Shown here one piece after another: positions 57,732 through 64,000 of a DNA stretch of 64,000 nucleotides (position 1 is its first letter; each line of letters opens with the position of its first letter). Origin of the DNA: an uncultured Planctomycetia bacterium (GTDB lineage: Bacteria > Planctomycetota > Planctomycetia > Pirellulales > Thermoguttaceae); assembly GCA_963719885.1 (NCBI GenBank), contig CAVRDP010000030.1, positions 66,250-130,249 on the forward strand, given 5' to 3'. The position numbers were made by a program, and so were the translations under genes. The notes under the pieces were generated by a model, which was not told where the DNA came from, searched no databases, and saw only the letters and a list, made by a program, of their open reading frames with translations.

Positions 57732-59519
57732 TCACCAAGAAAAGCAGATTATTCGATACAAGGCTTCCGCGGCCTCCTGGCGTGTGAGAAACGAGGCGGG
57801 ATGGAAGCGATTCTCCTTGTCTACCCGCATGAAACCCGCACGCAACGCCATGAAGACCGCCGCGCGATCCGGCACGGGCAAGTCGATCTCATCCTTTAGC
57901 GGAAATGGATTGGCGGGCGGACGTTTCATTCCATGCCGCTCGGCAAAGCCGAGCAGCGACTGGGCCGCGTCAATCCGCGCCACGGCTTCACTTGGTCGAA
58001 ACCGACCGTCGGCGCCCAACTTCATCAGTCCAGCCGCGACCACTCCAGCGACTTCTTCGGCCTCTTCGGTCGATGGATCAACGTCCCTAACCCGGGGCAG
58101 ATCGCGGCGTGGCGTGGTCAGATGTACCGACTGGACTAGAGCATTCGCCAACTCGGCCCGCAAGATGGGTTCCGCGGGGCGCAGCCGTCCCCGGTCGTCG
58201 GCCAACAGAATACCACGGAACCAGAGGCCTTCCAAGGCACTTCGCGCCGGGCCCGACGGCAAGTCGACGGGCAGTGCAATCTGCGGATCCTGCTGGGTGT
58301 AAAGGATCGGACTGATATCGAGCCGTACTCCGTCAATAGCGTGGGAGTAGAAATGGTCCGCGTAGCCTCCGTAAGCGATCGTTCTTTCCGTCTTGGCAAA
58401 GGTGAAACGATAGCCGTGGCCGAATCCCCGGTTGTATCGAAGCGTGATCCCCAACTGTTTCCGGCTGGAATTCTCGGCTAGCCCCGAGAACATCGCCCAC
58501 AGCACGGCCCCCGGGGCGGCGATATCCGCAATCAAGTGATTCCCGTTGAAATCCTGCGATCCCTCTTCGATCGGTTTTTTCCCTGGCCGGACCGTCGTCG
58601 CAGCGGTGGCTGGATCGAAACCGTCTCCGCTTTGCAAGGATGACAGCCGCACCCCGGAGATGCGACACCCGAGCGAGCCGTCGGTGCAGCGTGCGTCCGC
58701 CGCATCGACAATTGTCAAGTTTCCCGTGCCTACGACCTCGAGCCGGCCATCGCCGGAGACGACTAGCGCCGTGTTCTCGTCGACACCGAATCCGAAGCGG
58801 ACGTGCTCCTCGATCAGGGCCCTGGCCAGGCGTGCGAGTCGTCCTCGGTACTGGCTGAAGTGCTGATCGACGATTCCAGCCTGAAAGAACCCCAGCCCCG
58901 CGGTGACCAACAGCCCGCGATGACGTAGATCGCGGCGGATCCCGAAGTCGAGCGCGTCCATCCCTTCATCCAAGGAATCGTCCGGTAGCCCCGCTGCATT
59001 CAGCATTCGGCTGCTCTGCATGGCAGCACCGGCACTGCTGCCCGCAATCACTCCGCCACGGCGCCACATATCCTTCAGTGCCAGCAATGCCGGAGTTGCG
59101 GCGCCATCCGGCTTCAACAAGGTGCGAGTGATACGCGACTGATCACCGCCGGCGAAGTACGCAGCGGTCGATCTGCGAATCTGGTCCACGATTTCGGGGC
59201 TGAAGGCCTGGCGATCGGCGTTCTCCGGCGTGAGGTCGATGATCGTCCAGCGGTCCCGAGAGATGCCGTACCGCACGAAGTTCTCGCCGGCCTCTCGTGC
59301 AGGTTTTGCGCTCTCGGACGCACATCGGAACAAGGCGAACCTGGCATGCTCGCGGCCCCCGGCGGATTCGATCATTCGCTGATACATCGCCGCGTTATCG
59401 GACCGCAAACCGCCACCGATGATGAACAGTTTTCCGCACGGCGAACTCTCTTCTGCCGGCAATAGCGCGGCATTGCCCAACAATCCGCCCAGCAATAGCC
59501 ATATTAGTATCGGTCGCAC
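57732..59519 (-). CDS. Cyanophycinase-like (S51) protein with C-terminal SLH-type repeats
   Basis: GAGGA upstream of the GTG at 59519. Has a signal peptide. LFIIGGG...GGVIAGSSAGAAMQS...GIVDQHFSQYRGRLARL. The C-terminus has three repeats of the FRP...(I/V)xR.E.A..L type, resembling S-layer homology domains. Confidence 0.75.
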   Translation of the reverse strand: MRPILIWLLLGGLLGNAALLPAEESSPCGKLFIIGGGLRSDNAAMYQRMIESAGGREHARFALFRCASESAKPAREAGENFVRYGISRDRWTIIDLTPENADRQAFSPEIVDQIRRSTAAYFAGGDQSRITRTLLKPDGAATPALLALKDMWRRGGVIAGSSAGAAMQSSRMLNAAGLPDDSLDEGMDALDFGIRRDLRHRGLLVTAGLGFFQAGIVDQHFSQYRGRLARLARALIEEHVRFGFGVDENTALVVSGDGRLEVVGTGNLTIVDAADARCTDGSLGCRISGVRLSSLQSGDGFDPATAATTVRPGKKPIEEGSQDFNGNHLIADIAAPGAVLWAMFSGLAENSSRKQLGITLRYNRGFGHGYRFTFAKTERTIAYGGYADHFYSHAIDGVRLDISPILYTQQDPQIALPVDLPSGPARSALEGLWFRGILLADDRGRLRPAEPILRAELANALVQSVHLTTPRRDLPRVRDVDPSTEEAEEVAGVVAAGLMKLGADGRFRPSEAVARIDAAQSLLGFAERHGMKRPPANPFPLKDEIDLPVPDRAAVFMALRAGFMRVDKENRFHPASFLTRQEAAEALYRIICFSW

Positions 59520-59760
59520 GATCGCATCCTCGGGACTGTGATAGGTTACGTTGGTAGTATCTCGGCGCCACCACTTGCTATTGCTGGCAAGTGACCTCGG
59601 TGTGTCGCTGCCGAAGCGCCTCAGATCGGGCAATTCAAACGTCGGTACGTTCTGGGAATCGGCGCGCGCGGCTCAATCGCAACCCCGATTCAACGGCCAG
59701 ATCTCGCTACGTCCCTGGATCCGGACGGTCCGCCTGCGCGCGATTGTGTGCGCTCGAGAG

Positions 59761-61164
59761 TCAAACCGTGATGTCCTGAAGCTCCCAGCCCTTGCGAAAG
59801 TTGGGCTTGACGAACTCGTTGGCCTTCTCGTTGTTGGTGAAGCGCAGGTTCTTGGCATCCCACAACAGCTTCTCATGGGGGAATCGCCAGCTTATCGCGC
59901 CCAACAGCATCCATTCGGTATACGGGCCGGCGATGGTGAAATTGGAACAGGCGGGCTGGCCGCCTTTGCAGGCCCGAATCCAGTCTTGAAAGTGTCCGGG
60001 CGAACGCTTCAATACCTCCGGGGGCCGCGGGTGACCCGCCTGCCTGGAACGTGGAAGCAGGGTGTAGCTCTCGCCCCGGTCGCTGGTGCCCAGAAAGCCC
60101 TTGGTGCCCACGAATACCTCGTTGATGCCCCGGAGGTCCTCGTGCGTGAGGCCGTGCGGCGGTTTGAACATCCCGGCCATGCTGCCTTCATACCAGGAAA
60201 CGGTCACGGCAGGCATCTTGCCCGACTTGACGTACTTGCTCGTGCGCTCGGGGAACTGGAACTTGCAGGCGTAACTGGGATACGTGACCGGATTGACTCC
60301 CGTCACCGCGATACATTCCACGCTTGTCGGGCAGGTTTCGCCCAGACCCAGCGCCCAGTTGGCCGGGCCGAGCTGATGGATACCCCAATCGCCGATCATC
60401 ATCGTGCCATAATCCAGGAACCCGCGCCAGTTGATCGGATGGATCTTCGAGCTGTAGGTGTGCTCCTGGGATCGTCCTTGCCAGAGATTCCAGTCCAGCG
60501 TGGCGGGGACCGGTTCCGCGGGCGGCCAGCGCACGATGCCGCGCGCGAATCCGCCGCCGCTCCACGAATGGACCGCGGTGATGTCCCCAATTTCGTCATT
60601 CCATATATATTCGCAAGCGATCCGCGTGGCCACCGAGGAATATCCCTGGTTGCCCATCTGCGTGGCCACTTTGTACTTGCGGGCCGCGTTGGCCAGCAGC
60701 CGGGCCTCCCAGACCGTCTGGGTCAGCGGCTTCTGGCAGTGGACGCCGATGCCCCGCTCCATCGCCCACACGGATGCCGTGGCGTGCATGAAATCGGGTA
60801 TGGTGACCGTCACTCCATCGAGCTTCTTGTGCTCCTTGTCCAGCATCTCGCGAAAGTCCCGGTAGAGCTTGGCCTTGGGATAGCGCGTGGCGGTCCTGTT
60901 GAGATGGTTCTGGTCCACGTCACAGAGGGCATAGATATTCTCGCTGCTGACGGAGCCGACGTCGTTGTCGCCCTGCATGCCGCCCACGCCGATCGAACCC
61001 AGGTTGAGCTTCTCGCTGGCCGCTGGCCCCGCCGACCCGCTGCGCGAGTACCCCGCTCCCAGTACATGCCGGGGCACGATCATCAAGGCGGCGGCCGTGG
61101 CGCCGGCCACGAACTGACGGCGGGTAGTAGTGGTCTTCTTCACGCTTTTCTTCTCTTCGATCAT
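59761..61164 (-). CDS. Gfo/Idh/MocA family oxidoreductase with twin-arginine signal
   Basis: GAGGAG upstream of the ATG at 61164. TRRQFVAGATAAAL (TAT motif). GSIGVGGMQG...CDVD...HCQKPL. Intact. Confidence 0.85.
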   Translation of the reverse strand: MIEEKKSVKKTTTTRRQFVAGATAAALMIVPRHVLGAGYSRSGSAGPAASEKLNLGSIGVGGMQGDNDVGSVSSENIYALCDVDQNHLNRTATRYPKAKLYRDFREMLDKEHKKLDGVTVTIPDFMHATASVWAMERGIGVHCQKPLTQTVWEARLLANAARKYKVATQMGNQGYSSVATRIACEYIWNDEIGDITAVHSWSGGGFARGIVRWPPAEPVPATLDWNLWQGRSQEHTYSSKIHPINWRGFLDYGTMMIGDWGIHQLGPANWALGLGETCPTSVECIAVTGVNPVTYPSYACKFQFPERTSKYVKSGKMPAVTVSWYEGSMAGMFKPPHGLTHEDLRGINEVFVGTKGFLGTSDRGESYTLLPRSRQAGHPRPPEVLKRSPGHFQDWIRACKGGQPACSNFTIAGPYTEWMLLGAISWRFPHEKLLWDAKNLRFTNNEKANEFVKPNFRKGWELQDITV

Positions 61165-61288
61165 GGCAGTTCTCCTCAATTTCGAGTCAAGTTTCTCTTG
61201 TAAAGATGCATCATGTTGCGACCGGCGAAGACGGCCGGCACAAGTGCCAGGGCTGAACTCCGCGAATCACGCAGTGGTATCATAAGGG

Positions 61289-63115
61289 TCAACGTGCTGG
61301 CATGCCTTCCCTTCCGCCTCTGGAATCCGTGCCGCTGAAGTCACCGTACGTCTGCCGCATGGCACTGGCGGGAGAGTTCGCATAGACCCGGCCCCCGCTG
61401 TTGTTGATGATGTGGGTGATCTCGCTGCCGGTCTGGCCATTAAGCCAGATGGTCGTCAAGTTATGGAACTTGACGCCCCGGACGGCGGGCGCCTCGATGG
61501 CGCTGTTGGCCTTCACGGCCGCGTCGCGGAAGTAGGAGTACACGCCCACGCCCCAGGCCTCGTGGCTGGTCACCCTGTTGGCGACCTTGTACGAGGCGTA
61601 GCCCCGCGTCGTGCCGCTCATCCAGGACGACTGATCGGGCACGTCGTAGGGCATCTCGGACTGGTAGAAGTACACGCGGCCGCCGTTGCCGTTCCACAAC
61701 GTCTGGTACTGCTCGTGGTGTTCGTTGAACAGGCCGTAGATGGTCACGTTGTTGCCGTTGACGAACAGGCCGTTCTTCGTGGGGTTGGCGGTCCACGCCG
61801 CGCCTGCGCCGTGGTCCGCGCGCCAGATCCAGATCTGATCCGCCACGACGTTGTTGCTGTTGATCTTGATGCCCACGTCGTTCTTGCCGGGTGAGGCGCC
61901 GCCGCTGCGCACGGTCAGGTCATAGAGGAAGGTGGGGTTGGCCGAGTGATCGGCGGCGCTGCCGCGGTGGCCCACCTCCAGGATGCTGGCGGAGTTGACC
62001 GCGCCGGCATCGAGGATCAGGCCGGCAATCGTTACGCCATCCACGTCCGCCACCGAGATGGCCGGCAGGCCGCTGCGTTTGCACCAGCGAGGGGACGCCG
62101 AGGCCAAGGATGATGGTGCCGGCTTTGGTGACCTTGAGCGTTTCTTCGAGCGCGTACTTGCCCGGCGTGAACAGGACGTGCTTGCCCGCGGCCAGGGCGG
62201 AGTTGATGCCGCCGGCGCTCGCCGTCGAGGGCTGCGCAATGTAGAACTGATCGATGGAGACGGGCGCGCCCGGCGTGGGGCCGGCGGCCCAGCTTACGCC
62301 GCGGGTATTGGTCTGCAGCGCTGGAACGAAGACGAAGTACCGGCCGGAGCGGTTGACGCAGAGGTAGGGCTTCTCGCGGATGATCGGCGTCCGCTCCACC
62401 ACCGTATAGGGCGGGTTGGGGAATGCGCCCGGGGGACGTTGATGTCGCCCACGAAGACCATGTTCCAAACGCCGTTGGACCAACGTGACCACTTGCTGTT
62501 GCGCGACAGCCACTGCTGCTGCGAGGCGGGGACGACCTCGCCATCCACGACGGAGTCGGCCAAGAAGCCGCCGCTGGCCCAACCCGCGTTCCACTTCGCG
62601 TCGAAATCGAACAGATGCAGCGATCCCTTGACGTGCAGGCGCCGCAGGGGGGCGGCCTGGGAGACGGCAATCCGCGTGACGCCCTTGGTGGACGAGGGGG
62701 TGACGGCGAAGTTCTCCAGCGTCCGCCAGAAGTTGCACGTCGCGTTGGCGTTGGGCATCCATTGGGCGTTGACGTTCACGCCGCCATTGACCTGCACGTC
62801 GTCGGGGTTCTGCCCCAGGCCGGCCACGTGGGTGTAGAAGCCCACGTTGAAGGAGACGTTGTACACGCCGGGCTGGAAGAGCAGCGCATAGCGCTCCGGG
62901 CCGAACTGGTTGGATTCCATCTTCGCGAAGATGCGGGCGGCGGTGCGCTGGATCTCCGCGGCCGGCATGCTCGTGTCGAAAACGTAGACGTTCGGGCCGA
63001 AGATCGTGGCGTTCGACGTGGAGACAGAGCCGCCGCGGGCGATACATGGGGCGGCTGCGCATAGGCCTGCCACGGCCGCCAGCGCGATAACCAGCGCTAG
63101 GGTATTCTTGGTCAT
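61289..63115 (-). CDS. Exported right-handed beta-helix (pectin-lyase fold) glycoside-hydrolase-like protein; two frameshifts as assembled (~62440, ~62085)
   Basis: ATG at 63115 with a signal peptide (MTKNTLALVIALAAVAGLCAAAP). Collinear pieces lie in ORFs 62294..63145, 61920..63206 and 61289..62239 (FYTHVAGLGQNPDDV, WASGGFLADS, IWIWRADHGAG, YGLFNEHHEQYQTLWNGNGG). The exact family is not recognised. Confidence 0.65.
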
Positions 63116-63228
63116 TGCCGGGGCTCCTGGGGTTGCAAGGGACAAGGGCGATTATACTGTCAGTACGCGGCCGACGGAAGACCCCCTCGGCCGCTAACGA
63201 CAACAATTGGCGTTGGCAAGCCTACGGG

Positions 63229-63360
63229 TTAGTCCTTCGAGCAGATGCCCTGCAAGGTGGCCAACGATGCGCCGCAGATGGTCGAGGCCGTGAATGTCAG
63301 CGCACCGCCAATGATGAGCAGGGCAACGAAGGCCAAGGTCACGGCGGCAATGTGCGTCAT
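63229..63360 (-). CDS. Possible 43-aa hydrophobic peptide
   Basis: MTHIAAVTLAFVALLIIGGALTFTASTICGASLATLQGICSKD. Strong GC3 bias in this frame. No recognisable RBS. Too short for the ORF track. Confidence 0.35.
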   Translation of the reverse strand: MTHIAAVTLAFVALLIIGGALTFTASTICGASLATLQGICSKD

Positions 63361-63468
63361 GGTTACAATTACAAGGTTACCCGATCGACCGGGCATTGAC
63401 TTTTGCCGGCCGATCGACTATTTTTTCTTGCAGTTTTGTGTTGATGCCCTTGCTTGGAGAGACAACGC

Positions 63469-64000
63469 GTGAAGGTGTGGAGTTCTTTTGCTTTGCTCTG
63501 TAGCGGTTTGCTGCTGTGCGCGGCGGGCTGCGAGCGTCCTGCGCCGCAGGTAGCGCCCGCGGAAGCGCCGCCGGTGCCCGTCAGCCGGCCGGTTGCGCGG
63601 CAGGTCACCGATTTCATCGACTTCACGGGTCGGACCCAGGCGGTCAACTCAGTCAACGTAGTCGCGCGGGCCACCGGCTACCTGGTCATGCCGTCCGACG
63701 GGAAGCAATTCAAGGAGGGCTCGGAGGTCAAGAAGGGAGATTTGCTCTTCGAGATCGATCCCCGCCCCTACCAGGCCCAGTACGATCAGGCCGTGGGCCA
63801 GGTGAACCTTTATAAGGCCCAACTCAAGCTCGCCCAGGTGACGCTGGCTCGAGACGAGCGCACCGTGCAAAACACGCCCGGAGCAGTCAGTGCGCAGCAA
63901 CTCGACCAGGATCGGGCCGCGGTCGACGAAGCGGTGGCCCAGGTCAAAGCGGCGGAGGCCAGCCTGGAGACGTACAAACTCAATTTGAGTTTCTGCAAGG
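63469..64000 (+). CDS. Efflux RND transporter periplasmic adaptor subunit (3' end outside window)
   Basis: GTG at 63469. Lipobox LLLCAAGC. FIDFTGRTQAVNSVNVVARATGYL...EVKKGDLLFEIDPRPYQAQYDQA...L.LA...LAR is typical of MexA/AcrA-type adaptors. The frame is open to the window end. Confidence 0.8.
   Translation, partial: MKVWSSFALLCSGLLLCAAGCERPAPQVAPAEAPPVPVSRPVARQVTDFIDFTGRTQAVNSVNVVARATGYLVMPSDGKQFKEGSEVKKGDLLFEIDPRPYQAQYDQAVGQVNLYKAQLKLAQVTLARDERTVQNTPGAVSAQQLDQDRAAVDEAVAQVKAAEASLETYKLNLSFCK

Noticed and set aside
59551-61203. + strand ORF of 550 aa.
   Set aside because: It is antisense to the intact TAT-signal Gfo/Idh/MocA oxidoreductase and has no domain signature.

Overview
High-GC (~65%) bacterial chromosome segment. 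It looks like Planctomycetota (Pirellulales-like). Support: an H-X9-DG/DUF1559 remnant, the N-terminal motifs LEPLENRRVLS and RWYQFRxSSLLWF, and many planctomycete-type palindromic repeat families.

Layout:
- 1-5 kb: housekeeping and exported genes (DUF362, serpin, bcp, Gfo/Idh/MocA).
- 5-14 kb: an accessory, repeat-dense stretch. It holds decaying toxin-antitoxin modules, a polymorphic RNase-toxin/immunity pair, a DUF3800 cassette flanked by 195-nt direct repeats, and heptanucleotide arrays.
- 14.5-26.5 kb: a minus-strand array of exported proteins ending in a Ser/Thr kinase.
- 26.8-32.9 kb: an HD-domain gene, glpK, a TPR/PMT-like membrane protein and MTHFS.
- 33.1-53.2 kb: a 20-kb minus-strand anaerobic-type cobalamin operon (cobA, cobC, cobU, cobT, cobS, cobD-cobQ, cbiB, cobO, cbiA, cbiX-cbiC, cbiMNQO, cbiD, cbiE-cbiL, cbiF, cbiG, cbiH, cbiJ), driven by a cobalamin riboswitch.
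- 53.7-57.6 kb: a divergent second cobalamin riboswitch gates a short peptide ORF, a radical-SAM/SPASM enzyme and a tandem S51 exported protein. I rate this the most interesting candidate system.
- 57.7-64 kb: an S51-SLH protein, a TAT-signal Gfo/Idh/MocA oxidoreductase, a beta-helix hydrolase-like protein and a partial RND adaptor.

Two window-wide themes:
- About 24 reading-frame breaks. At least four that I mapped sit in G/C homopolymer runs, so they are more likely assembly indels than real pseudogenes.
- Unrelated palindromic REP-like elements fill the intergenic gaps of the operon. Several are read through in frame inside B12 enzymes (CbiB, CbiA) or form the linkers of apparent fusions (CbiE-CbiL, CobD-CobQ).

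All family assignments come from reading the translations; no database search was run.
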